From Steroidobacteraceae bacterium (lineage in GTDB: Bacteria; Pseudomonadota; Gammaproteobacteria; Steroidobacterales; Steroidobacteraceae): a stretch of DNA of 64,000 nt. The translations under genes and the position numbers were made by a program. Under the pieces are notes generated by a model. The model was given only the letters and a program-made list of their open reading frames with translations, was not told where the DNA came from and did not search any database. The DNA is taken from NCBI GenBank assembly GCA_035481975.1, contig DATHRC010000008.1, positions 15,877 to 79,876 of the forward strand. The letters run 5' to 3'. Below, piece after piece: positions 1-8,750 of this stretch; within the stretch, counting starts at the first letter, position 1, and the number at the start of each line of letters is the position of its first letter.

Positions 1-1519
1 TGGTGCTCGCCACGCCGTCCCCGAACTTCAGGTTGTAGGGGGCGCGCTCGCCGAGCAGGCGCGCGTACATCTCCCCGTGTATCAGCTCGCGCAGCTGCCG
101 GCCCGACAGCTGCGCGCCCCGAAAGGCAAACGGCTCATCGGCGTGCGCGCCGAAGTGCGCCAGCCCCATGGTCAGCTCATCGTGGTTCTGCAGCGCGTGG
201 ATCAGCCGGGCCGGATCGATGCTGTAGGTGCGCATGAGCTTGAACACCAGGCGCAGCAGCTCGGCATCGCCGGTCAGCAGCGCCTCATCATAGGCGGGCC
301 GCGTCACGAAGTCGTAGGACAGATCCGGACCGCCCCCGCGCGCCATCTCGCGGATGACGTCGAAGGGCAGGGCGAGCTCCTCGAAGGTGAATCCGCCCAG
401 CTTGCGCACCATGTCGGCGATCAGTTGATTCGCCGTCAGCGACAGGGGATGGCCTTCCGACCACACACGTCCGCTCGCCTCGCGCTCGATCCCGAGCAGC
501 CCGTTGGCATCGAGCCGCAGCATCCCATCGCCGAGCACGCCGAGCTCGTGCAGCGCATCGCCGATCACCAGCCGCTCGGCCGCGAAGGTCGGATCGAGCC
601 AGTTGAGAGTCGGCTGACCCTGCTTGAAGTAGTGCAGATACACCCAGCGGCGCTGCACCCCATCGACCCCGCGGACCACGTCGGTGGCGCTCCAGTCGGT
701 GTCCTTCACGCCCGGCTCGTAGAAGATCGACGAGGACAGGCGTCCGACGATGTAGCCCTTAGCCTGCAGAGCGTCCACGGTTGCGGGACTGAGATTGACG
801 GCATCGCGTCCGGCGGGTACCGGCGGCAACAGACCCCAGTCGGCAGGCGCGATCTGCACCATGTGGTAGAGCCCGGGATAGTCGGCGTACGCCCGCTCGG
901 CGAGGCGGAAGTCGGCGCCCTTGCCGGTGTGCCCCGGGATGACGTCACCGATGACGATCGCTCCATGCTCGTGCGCGGCCGCAACGAGATCGCGGTACTG
1001 CGCCTGCGTGCCGAAGGCCGGATCGATCTCGAAGCTGATGCGATCGAAATTGCCGTCGACGGAGGGCGTATAGGCGAGGTCCTGCACGCCGCCCGAGCGC
1101 TTCATCGGACCGGTGTGTATGCCCTGGATGCCGATCGCCTGGAAGCAGCGCCACAGCCGCTCATCCGCCAGCGTGGCGAGGACCGAGCTGCCGGGAGCGG
1201 CGGCGATGGTCGAGGCAGGGTAGGCGGTGAACCACACCGAAGCGCGCGACACCGCGGCACGCGGCTGCGGCTTGCCGTAAGGGTGCTGCCACTGGATGGC
1301 GTTGCCCGAATAGTGCGTCGCCAGCTGCTGCGCCTGGTGCAGCATCGAGCGCTCTTCGAGCCAGTGAACATAGGCGCTGGCGTCGGCGGAGTCCGGCTGT
1401 GCGGCGGCACCTGCGGCCGCCTGCGGCGGGGGCGGTGGTGGTGGCTGTGGCGTTCCCTGGCCGGAGGCCGCCGCAGCGGCACAAAGAAGGCCAGCGACAC
1501 AGCTCAGGAGGCGCTTCAT
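1..1519 (-). CDS. alpha-amylase-family (GH13-like) glycosidase, exported; partial, because the 3' end runs off the left edge of the window
   Basis: This gene is absent from the ORF track because it is open to the window edge. Hand translation of the minus strand from ATG 1519..1517 gives [37 protein letters not shown]...[14 protein letters not shown]...[13 protein letters not shown]. Further in frame I read [19 protein letters not shown] (around 900-958) and [14 protein letters not shown] (around 480-538), which resemble GH13 conserved regions I and II. The start codon overlaps the GH31 stop (ATGA at 1516-1519). Only parts were hand-translated. Confidence 0.75.
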   Translation of the reverse strand, partial: MKRLLSCVAGLLCAAAAASGQGTPQPPPPPPPQAAAGAAAQPDSADASAYVHWLEERSMLHQAQQLATHYSGNAIQWQHPYGKPQPRAAVSRASVWFTAYPASTIAAAPGSSVLATLADERLWRCFQAIGIQGIHTGPMKRSGGVQDLAYTPSVDGNFDRISFEIDPAFGTQAQYRDLVAAAHEHGAIVIGDVIPGHTGKGADFRLAERAYADYPGLYHMVQIAPADWGLLPPVPAGRDAVNLSPATVDALQAKGYIVGRLSSSIFYEPGVKDTDWSATDVVRGVDGVQRRWVYLHYFKQGQPTLNWLDPTFAAERLVIGDALHELGVLGDGMLRLDANGLLGIEREASGRVWSEGHPLSLTANQLIADMVRKLGGFTFEELALPFDVIREMARGGGPDLSYDFVTRPAYDEALLTGDAELLRLVFKLMRTYSIDPARLIHALQNHDELTMGLAHFGAHADEPFAFRGAQLSGRQLRELIHGEMYARLLGERAPYNLKFGDGVAST

Positions 1520-4290
1520 CGCCATGTGACCTCGATCCGCTCGCGGATGGATCGCGGCGGCAGCGCCAGGATCGCCATCGCCTGCGCGGCATCCCACGTC
1601 GGGGGTGTGGCGCTCCTGCCGTCGACGGATATCGAGGCGGGCTCAGCCGCAGCGTGGATGTGCAGCTCGTACGAGCGCTGCGGCAGCTGCCCGGAATACG
1701 AGCCGGTCGCCGGCCCGATGACCAGGTGATGCGTGCCGTTGCCGGTGGTGTGGGTCAGCGGAGTCACGGCGTATTCACCTTTACCATAGGCGAGCGAGAT
1801 TCCGTCGTCCTCGTAGAGATCGAAGCGGCCTGCGCCGCCGCCATACACATTGATGATGAGCGGGTCGGGCGGGCGCGCATCGCTGGATTGGCGGACGCGC
1901 TGCTCGGGAATCAGCGCGCCGTCGCGCACGAACACCGGGGTCTCATCCACCGCATAGTGGGCGGTGAAGGTGCCGCCGCCGTGGAAGCGCTTGCCGCTGA
2001 AGAAGTCCAGCCACTCGCCCGGCGGAAGATAGATGGTCTGATCGCCGCTCGCATCGACGACCGGCGCGACCAGCAGCTCCTCGCCGAACAAATACTCATG
2101 CGAGTGACGGTACGCCTCCTCGAGTTGCGGGTAGCGCAGGTACAGCGGACGCAGAATCGGCAGGGACTCGCGGTGCGCCTGCCAGCTGTAGGTATAAAGG
2201 TAGGGCAGCAGTTGCATGCGCAGCGTGAAGTACTTGCGCATCAGGGCGATGCCCGCCTCGCCGTAGTTCCAGGGCATGCGCACGTTGCCCTCGCGCGGGT
2301 TTTCATGGGCACTGTGCATGCGCAGGATCGGACTGAAGGTGCCGAACTCGATCCAGCGCGCGTACAGGTCGAAATCGATCTTCGCCCCGTGGAAGCCGCC
2401 GATGTCGTGGCTGATGTAGGGCATCAGCACGTTGCCGCCGCGCGCGGTAAAGGCCACCTCGTAGGCGAGCACCGGCCACTGCGAGTAGGTGTCGCCGGTG
2501 AAGAAGGCCGGATAACGCTCGCTGCCCCAGTCGCCGTAGCGCCCGAGGATGAAGCCGCGCTTGCCGGTTGCCTGCTGGGTGTAATCGAAGAATACCTTGT
2601 TGGTCCAGAGCTGCTCGTTGAGTCCGGGCATGTCGACGGCACCGCTGCCGCCATCGACCCACCAGAAATCCACCCCGGCGCGCAGCAGCGGTCCGTGCAG
2701 GTCGCGCATGAAAATTTCCGCCTGCTGCTGATTCGACAGATCGAAGTAGATGCGCCGTGTTGGCTCGACGTCGCGGATCGCCACCGGGCCAAGCAGCAGG
2801 CCGCCGTCGGTTTCGCCGCCCTCGCCGTGGGCCGCTTCCACGCGCAACACCAGCAGATTCTGTCTGCCCGGCACCACATAGGGGGTGATCTCGGCGTAGG
2901 TCAGCCGCTGCGGCCAATGAATCCTGCTGTGGGTCGCCTCGGTGCCATTGACGAACAGGCGGTAGTTCTGCCGGACCTCGCCCAGATACAGATAGAGTTT
3001 CGGCGGCAGCTGCGCCGGCAGCCGCACCGTGGCCCGGTACCAGCCGGGACCGTGGTACCCCGGGTAACCCTGCTCTTGCCAGGAGCGACCGATGCGGATC
3101 GGCTTCCAGCGCGCGCCGGCGGGGTGCCCGGGCACATACCAGCGCTCGCCCAGGCCCGCAGCGTGCGGATCGGCGGCGAATTGCCACAGCTGCGACAGAT
3201 CGAGGTCGAAGGAGGGGTGCGCAGGAAGCGCCCGGCCGAGGTCGGTCAGCACCTGCGGGGCGTGGCTGTCGCTCGGCGAGAGGATGCTCTCGTCGGTGTT
3301 GATGTAGCCCGGGTGATCGTTGAGGCTCAGTCTGATTCCCTGCTGTTGCAGCCACTGCGAGAACTCGTGCGGACGCGGGATGAGCGGGCTCCAGTCGTAG
3401 CCGCCGTCCCAGCCGTAGTTGTGCCAGGCGAAATCGAGTATCAGGGTGTCGAACGGTATCAGCTCGCGGCGCAGCCGCGAGAGCTCATCCTGCAGGTACT
3501 GCTGGTTGTAGTGTTGGAAGTCCGGCTGCTGCGACGCCCACGAGCCGGGGAAGTATTCGAAATTGAGGTCGGTCACCATGGGACCGAAGGCATATTGCGG
3601 CAGCATGGGAATCGGGCCGCACAGCTCGGCGTATTGGCGCAATACCTTGCCGTAGTCGGCCTGGTAGACGAACAGATACCAGTCCTGCGCCGCCGGCGGC
3701 GCCCGCGGCACTATCCAGGTGCGCTGCGCGTTCCACAGCGGCGTTTGACTGTCATCGATGAATGCATAGCCGGCGCGGCTCAGCAATCCGGGCTTGGCCT
3801 CGGGGAGCTTGAAGTCGATACCCGGAATGATGTCGTTGACCGGCGTCTCGACATCGCTGCGCCCGGCCGGCAGATTGTCCGCACTCAGGTTGTCGAGCGA
3901 ATAGGGCAGGCCGCCGAGATTCTGCGGATCCTTCTGCCCCGGATGCCAGGTGCGCATGCCACCGGCGGCATCCTTCCAGCTGACTTCGAGATTGCCGGCG
4001 GCAAACTCTCCGGACTGCAGGCGGTAGCGCAGCGTCATCTCATCCGTGGCGGCCACCAGCCAGCCGTCCTGCCGCGTGGCACGCACGACGACCTTCGGCC
4101 AGTCCCGCTTCAGCACCACGGCCGTGGGCGCATCCACGAAGCGGCCGGTGGGCGAGTACTCCAGGCGCACCAGTGACGGCGTCAGGAACTCGAAGCGCGC
4201 ATGGCCGGCGACGAGGGTCGGGTCGCTTTGCGTCCGGGTACAGGAAACGAACAGCGTTGCGGCGAGCGCGACGAAAAGACAGCGCGTCAT
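1516..4290 (-). CDS. glycoside hydrolase family 31 (alpha-glucosidase/alpha-xylosidase type), probable lipoprotein
   Basis: 924-aa ORF. The N-terminus [17 protein letters not shown] looks like a lipoprotein signal. GH31-like motifs FWWVDGGSG and SHDIGGFHG are present, followed by a GH31 C-terminal beta-sandwich region. It abuts the GH65 stop (4291) and overlaps the GH13 start. Confidence 0.9.
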   Translation of the reverse strand: MTRCLFVALAATLFVSCTRTQSDPTLVAGHARFEFLTPSLVRLEYSPTGRFVDAPTAVVLKRDWPKVVVRATRQDGWLVAATDEMTLRYRLQSGEFAAGNLEVSWKDAAGGMRTWHPGQKDPQNLGGLPYSLDNLSADNLPAGRSDVETPVNDIIPGIDFKLPEAKPGLLSRAGYAFIDDSQTPLWNAQRTWIVPRAPPAAQDWYLFVYQADYGKVLRQYAELCGPIPMLPQYAFGPMVTDLNFEYFPGSWASQQPDFQHYNQQYLQDELSRLRRELIPFDTLILDFAWHNYGWDGGYDWSPLIPRPHEFSQWLQQQGIRLSLNDHPGYINTDESILSPSDSHAPQVLTDLGRALPAHPSFDLDLSQLWQFAADPHAAGLGERWYVPGHPAGARWKPIRIGRSWQEQGYPGYHGPGWYRATVRLPAQLPPKLYLYLGEVRQNYRLFVNGTEATHSRIHWPQRLTYAEITPYVVPGRQNLLVLRVEAAHGEGGETDGGLLLGPVAIRDVEPTRRIYFDLSNQQQAEIFMRDLHGPLLRAGVDFWWVDGGSGAVDMPGLNEQLWTNKVFFDYTQQATGKRGFILGRYGDWGSERYPAFFTGDTYSQWPVLAYEVAFTARGGNVLMPYISHDIGGFHGAKIDFDLYARWIEFGTFSPILRMHSAHENPREGNVRMPWNYGEAGIALMRKYFTLRMQLLPYLYTYSWQAHRESLPILRPLYLRYPQLEEAYRHSHEYLFGEELLVAPVVDASGDQTIYLPPGEWLDFFSGKRFHGGGTFTAHYAVDETPVFVRDGALIPEQRVRQSSDARPPDPLIINVYGGGAGRFDLYEDDGISLAYGKGEYAVTPLTHTTGNGTHHLVIGPATGSYSGQLPQRSYELHIHAAAEPASISVDGRSATPPTWDAAQAMAILALPPRSIRERIEVTWR

Positions 4291-6564
4291 CTAAAGCACC
4301 TTGCGTGACAGCCGCACCGCGCCGCTGGCGTCGCGGTCGATGCGGATATCCAGACGCTGGCCGCGGAAAGTCAGGTTGTGCAGAGTCAGTGACTTCCAGC
4401 CGGGCGGCAGCACCGGCGGATAGGCGGCGATCAGGCCCGGCTCGCGGATGCGCAGCCCGCTGAAGCCGTACACCAGGCTCTGCACGTATCCCCCGGAACC
4501 GGTGAGGAAGTAGCCGACGTTGTTGTCGGCCGTCTCGGTGCGCACGTTGAACGGCGGCTTCAGCGTGCCGCCGCTGAAATTGCCGGAGAACCAGGCGGCG
4601 GCATCCGCGCCGCTGCCGATGCTATCGGCGGCGGCCACCCGCGGCACGATGTTCATGCTGCCGCCGGCGACCCGCGCCAGCGCAGCCGGACGGATCGCGT
4701 AATCGTAGTCGTGACGGCGTAGCTGCATGCCCATCTCCAGATCGAGCGAGGGCAGGAACAACAGCGCCAGCGGACCGCCGCCAAAGTCCTCGGCGTGATC
4801 GGCCACGGCAGGATCGAAGGCGAGATGATGCTCCCCGCCGGGCGACAGGGGCACGTACAGCAAGCGGGCAATCCGGCTCCAGAGCGGATCGGGGCGCTCA
4901 CCGAGAAGGTGCGCGGCGGCGGCGGCGGCACTCAGCGCGCGGGCGGCCGACACGTTGGTGAAAGTGTCGTTGGGAATGTCGGTATGCGACTCGGCCACTG
5001 AATTGACGTGCAGGATCCCGTAGCGCCCGGTGTGCGCATCGTAGCTGGCGCGGCTCGCCCAGAAGCGCGCGACCTCGCGAATCACCGGCCAGCCGTGCGA
5101 TCGCAGCCAGTCGCGGTCGCGCGTGGCCAGATAGTATTGCCATTGCGCGATCGCCACGTCGGCGTTCACGTGGATCTCGGTTTCTCCGAGCACGTAAGCG
5201 GAATGCGGCGTCTGCTCGCTGCCGTTCTCGGGGTCCGACTCCCACGGGTACATGGCGCCCTCGAAGCCGTGCTGGCGCGCGCGTTGCCGTGCGGCTTCGA
5301 GGGTGCGTGCCCGAAAGTCCACCAGCGGCCGCGCGCGCTCGGGGTGCAGCAGCAGCAGCGCCGGGAATATCCAGGTATCGCTGTCCCAGAAGACGTGATT
5401 GGCGTAGCCGGGCGTGAGCGAACAGGCACCGGACCCCCACGCCGTACCCGCGCTCGAGTTCGCCAGCAGGTAGTAAAGCTCGGAGTGCGCCACCCGCTGT
5501 GCCTGCGGATCGCCCTCGATCAGAATGTCTGACTGCCACAGTGCATCCCACGCCGCACGGTGCTCGGTGAGCAGCGCTTCGAAGCCGCGCTCGCGCGCTT
5601 GCCGGGCGAGGATCAGATCCTCGCGGGCATCGCCGCCCCACCCGGCGCGTGACAGCGCGACGTACTTGGTGAAGACATAGCTATGACCCCGCTGCACCTT
5701 CAGGCTGACATCGAACGCCAGGCGGTAGGGGTCGCGGTGCAGCGTGACGCTATCGGGCGCGATCCCCGGCGGCAGAGAGACCGCGGCCGCCATGGCCATC
5801 GCCAGGCCCTGCTGCGCCTGGCCGTCGAGCCACAGCGAGAGCGAGCCGCTGTCGCCGTCGCTCGCGCGTATTCCCGTGTAGCCCGGGTACCAGACGGCCT
5901 CACGGTCGGGCGTGGCCGGCGGCCGCGGCTCGAGCGACAGCCCCTGGGCTGCGACCGCCTCCTCCATTTCCGGGCCAGTCATCTGCGCGAGCGCAAAGCG
6001 CGGCGCGTGCGGGGCCCACAGGGTGAGCGCAAACGACAACTGCACCACGCCGTCGTAGTCGGGCGTGATCTTCAGACGACTGGCGGCGAGGTGCGGGGAT
6101 GCCTGACTGACCAGCGTCAGGAGCTCCACCGCGCTTTCCCGATCGTGATCGCGATAGCGATAGCGGGTGCTCAACGTGCCGTCGTGCAGGTCGAGGGTCT
6201 GCCGATAGTCGCTGAAGTGCCGCTCGCGGAGCGCCGCGCGGTTCAGCCAGGTGCCGCCGGCGCCGGGCGCCGCGGGGTTGAAATCGATTTCCGTCCACCC
6301 GGGTACCGCCGCCGGCCGGGACATATCGCCCGCCGTGTAGTCCATGAAGGCCACGAGGTAGCTGCGCGCGACTTCCGTGCCGCGCGGGGTACTGAAGGTC
6401 GAGACATAGCCGTTGCCCAGATACGCGGGGAAATAGCCGGGCAGATCGGCAAGCCCCGCGCTCAGGCGAAAGCTCGCGTCGGTTTCGGCGCGCGCACCGC
6501 CCGCGGCGAGCAGCAGCAGCCCCTGCAGTCCCAGGCACACGACGCCGGCGGCGCGCACCGTCAT
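4291..6564 (-). CDS. glycoside hydrolase family 65 protein with signal peptide
   Basis: The ORF track gives 4291..6921. I moved the start to ATG 6564..6562 (MTVRAAGVVCLGLQGLLLLAAGGARA, a signal peptide), which overlaps the upstream stop as ATGA. GH65-type central (alpha/alpha)6 motifs are present: HVFWDSDTWIFPALLLLHP and GAMYPWESDPENGSEQTP. The upstream 119 codons are Arg/Ala-rich and lie inside the preceding gene. Confidence 0.88.
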   Translation of the reverse strand: MTVRAAGVVCLGLQGLLLLAAGGARAETDASFRLSAGLADLPGYFPAYLGNGYVSTFSTPRGTEVARSYLVAFMDYTAGDMSRPAAVPGWTEIDFNPAAPGAGGTWLNRAALRERHFSDYRQTLDLHDGTLSTRYRYRDHDRESAVELLTLVSQASPHLAASRLKITPDYDGVVQLSFALTLWAPHAPRFALAQMTGPEMEEAVAAQGLSLEPRPPATPDREAVWYPGYTGIRASDGDSGSLSLWLDGQAQQGLAMAMAAAVSLPPGIAPDSVTLHRDPYRLAFDVSLKVQRGHSYVFTKYVALSRAGWGGDAREDLILARQARERGFEALLTEHRAAWDALWQSDILIEGDPQAQRVAHSELYYLLANSSAGTAWGSGACSLTPGYANHVFWDSDTWIFPALLLLHPERARPLVDFRARTLEAARQRARQHGFEGAMYPWESDPENGSEQTPHSAYVLGETEIHVNADVAIAQWQYYLATRDRDWLRSHGWPVIREVARFWASRASYDAHTGRYGILHVNSVAESHTDIPNDTFTNVSAARALSAAAAAAHLLGERPDPLWSRIARLLYVPLSPGGEHHLAFDPAVADHAEDFGGGPLALLFLPSLDLEMGMQLRRHDYDYAIRPAALARVAGGSMNIVPRVAAADSIGSGADAAAWFSGNFSGGTLKPPFNVRTETADNNVGYFLTGSGGYVQSLVYGFSGLRIREPGLIAAYPPVLPPGWKSLTLHNLTFRGQRLDIRIDRDASGAVRLSRKVL

Positions 6565-8690
6565 CGGGCGTCGCTCGGCCACGGCACGGTGCGTAGCGCC
6601 GCGGGTCGCGCCCGCGGCAGCGGCGCCGCGCTCAGGCCGGCCGGCGCCGGCCGCACGGCGAGGTATACCGTGCTCCAGAGCTGCGCGGCGTTGGATTCGT
6701 CGGCGTCGGCGGCGGCGGCCCCGAACGGCGCCGCCTGGTAGTGGCCCGCCACGAACGTCCACGACCACAGCTCCGAATTTCTCAAGGGCCGCGTCGCATC
6801 GATCGCCGACCACAGAATCCGCTGCGCCCGCAGCAGCTGCGCGCGCACGCTGGCAGGCAGATCGCTGCGTCGCAGTTGCCGCTCCAACCCGGCGGCGAAC
6901 AGCGCCTGCTGCCACGACCACACCACGGTGCCGTGATAGGCGTTGCGGTTGAATTGCGCCTGCAACGCGGGCGCGCAGAACGCGGGATTGGCGACCAGCA
7001 TGCCGGCAGCGGTCATCAGCCCGGCGGGAAACGGGCGCAGCAGCACCGTGAGCGCGCGCTCGAGCTGCTGCGCATCCAGCTCCGCGAACAGCAATGCAAA
7101 TCCCTCATCCGAGTGCATCACCGCGATCGGTGCGCCGGAAGCGGCGAGCGCGAGCGCGTGAAAGCGCAGTGCGCCATCGCCCAGCGCGGCAAGCGCCGGC
7201 TGCGGCGCGATCGCCTGCGAGGCGGCGTAGGACTCGATGGCGCTCAACGCCACCGTGCGGGGTATGTCGACGTCGAACAAGGGTGGCGCCCGGGTGCGCC
7301 AGGTGCTCGCCAGCTGCGCGGCGCCGCCAAACAGCGTGCGGTCGTCCGGCGTCAGATAGGGCAACAGCAGTCCGCTGTCATTGAGCTGTGCCGCCGCGGC
7401 GAGCGCCGCCGGGATCAGTACGGCGTTCACATCGTACGGATAGCGCCCGCCCCCGAGGCCGCTCTCGCTGTCGCGCCAGTCGCCCACGTTGAACCCCGGC
7501 TTCAGGCCGATGAGGTGCTGCGTGTCGGGCGCGCGCCCAAACGCCGCAGCGCTCTGCAGCACGAAGCGCAGGTTCTCCACCAGCGCGGCGCCGCGCGGAT
7601 CGCGGCGCTCGCCGGGGCCGCCGACCGGCGCGGCGAGAAACGCGGCGGCGCGCCCCCGCGCACGTTCATCATCGATCAGCCAGGCGCTGAGCACCGGGGC
7701 GAGCAGATAGTCGCCGTCGATCATCTTGTAGTCGTACACCGGCGCGGCGGAGCGCGAGCCGTCGCGCTCTAGGTGATCGAGCACCGCGCGCTCGCCGACG
7801 TCCTCTTCGTGCGCAACCTCTCCCTGCGGCGACAGCCGTGCGAGCACCGAGGCCAGTGCCGCTTCCACGGTGAGCGGGCTGAGAACGGGCATCAGCAGGC
7901 GCACGGACATGAGCGTATCGCGCCCGAAGTAGGTGTCGAAGCGCCAGGAGCCGGCGAGCAGCTTCTCGCGGTAGGCGAGGAAGGTCAGCGTGTCGCGCGC
8001 GGCGGCGTCGGCGCGCGCGGCGCCGTTCAGCAGCTCGCGGCCGGAGAGCGGCGTGAGCGGAGTCTCGCCGGTGAGCCCGGTGATCCGCAGGCCGATCCGG
8101 CGGTCGGCGCCGGCGCGAAGGTGCCCGTCATGCAATTGACCGTGGGTGACCTCGAGCACCAGTCGGTAGCCGGCGGCCCCGTCCAGGCGGTTGCGGGACC
8201 AGGTGAGGGTATTGCCGCGCACCACCGGGGTCGCTGCGACGCTGCCCGGCACGCTGCCGCGCTGCTCGTAGTCGCGCAGCAGGCGAGTACTGGAGAGCAC
8301 CGCCTCGCGCAGTTGCAGCTCGCGAGCCGCGATCGTGGCTTGCGCCGCGATGCCGTAGAGGCTGCGGCCGCTGCCGTCGAGCGCATGAATCGCACGCGGT
8401 GGTGCGGCGAGCGTCCAGCGCGCTGGGTGCGTTTGATGCACGAACCACACGCCCACGCCGCTGTCACCGGCGGGAAAGGCGATCAGTATGCGCGGGTCGT
8501 CGCCGGAGCGAAGCAGCAGATGCGCAGCGACCTGGCCCTGCCGCACCAGGCGGTTGATGTTGAGGCCTTCCTGAACCTGGAAATCGAGGCGGGGCTGCAC
8601 CGCCCGTGGCGCGCCGGCCGGCACGAGACACAGCAACCACGCGCCAATGACGATGGCCGGGACAGATTGCATCGCGGCCCTTGTGTTCAC
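6561..8690 (-). CDS. exported (alpha/alpha)6-barrel-like glycosidase of uncertain family (GDE_C/GH63/GH15-clan-like)
   Basis: 709-aa ORF with a signal peptide (MQSVPAIVIGAWLLCLVPAGA). Motifs FDTYFGRDTLMS, GDWRDS, RYPYDVNAVL and YHGTVVWSWQQ resemble the FGRDT and YHNGxVWP signatures of amylo-alpha-1,6-glucosidase-like barrels. It is the first gene of the hydrolase operon. An alternative start exists at Met7 (8672). Confidence 0.7.
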   Translation of the reverse strand: MNTRAAMQSVPAIVIGAWLLCLVPAGAPRAVQPRLDFQVQEGLNINRLVRQGQVAAHLLLRSGDDPRILIAFPAGDSGVGVWFVHQTHPARWTLAAPPRAIHALDGSGRSLYGIAAQATIAARELQLREAVLSSTRLLRDYEQRGSVPGSVAATPVVRGNTLTWSRNRLDGAAGYRLVLEVTHGQLHDGHLRAGADRRIGLRITGLTGETPLTPLSGRELLNGAARADAAARDTLTFLAYREKLLAGSWRFDTYFGRDTLMSVRLLMPVLSPLTVEAALASVLARLSPQGEVAHEEDVGERAVLDHLERDGSRSAAPVYDYKMIDGDYLLAPVLSAWLIDDERARGRAAAFLAAPVGGPGERRDPRGAALVENLRFVLQSAAAFGRAPDTQHLIGLKPGFNVGDWRDSESGLGGGRYPYDVNAVLIPAALAAAAQLNDSGLLLPYLTPDDRTLFGGAAQLASTWRTRAPPLFDVDIPRTVALSAIESYAASQAIAPQPALAALGDGALRFHALALAASGAPIAVMHSDEGFALLFAELDAQQLERALTVLLRPFPAGLMTAAGMLVANPAFCAPALQAQFNRNAYHGTVVWSWQQALFAAGLERQLRRSDLPASVRAQLLRAQRILWSAIDATRPLRNSELWSWTFVAGHYQAAPFGAAAADADESNAAQLWSTVYLAVRPAPAGLSAAPLPRARPAALRTVPWPSDAR

Positions 8691-8750
8691 GCACCGCTAT
8701 CCTGCGCGGAAACTATACAGAACGGGGCGGGATTTGGGCACAATCGCCCG

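Noticed and set aside
77-4176. Very long plus-strand ORFs 77..1729 (550 aa) and 1399..4176 (925 aa) on the strand opposite the GH13 and GH31 genes.
   Set aside because: Their translations are Arg/Ala/Gly/His/Pro-rich with no recognisable motif, as is typical of stop-codon-poor antisense frames in high-GC DNA. The opposite strand carries clear GH13/GH31 signatures and signal peptides.
6565-6921. Upstream in-frame extensions of real genes in the ORF track. Examples are 4291..6921, 7773..10589, 10599..11567, 12154..14367, 16437..17423, 20803..21531 and 21850..25326. Others are 25400..28171, 27976..34098, 39581..41281, 43078..44418, 47794..49359, 60179..61984 and 62818..63450.
   Set aside because: The extended N-termini are low-complexity Arg-rich sequence overlapping neighbouring genes. 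Internal starts give canonical signal peptides or conserved N-terminal motifs, and often give ATGA or short-gap coupling with the neighbour. I verified each internal start codon position in the DNA.
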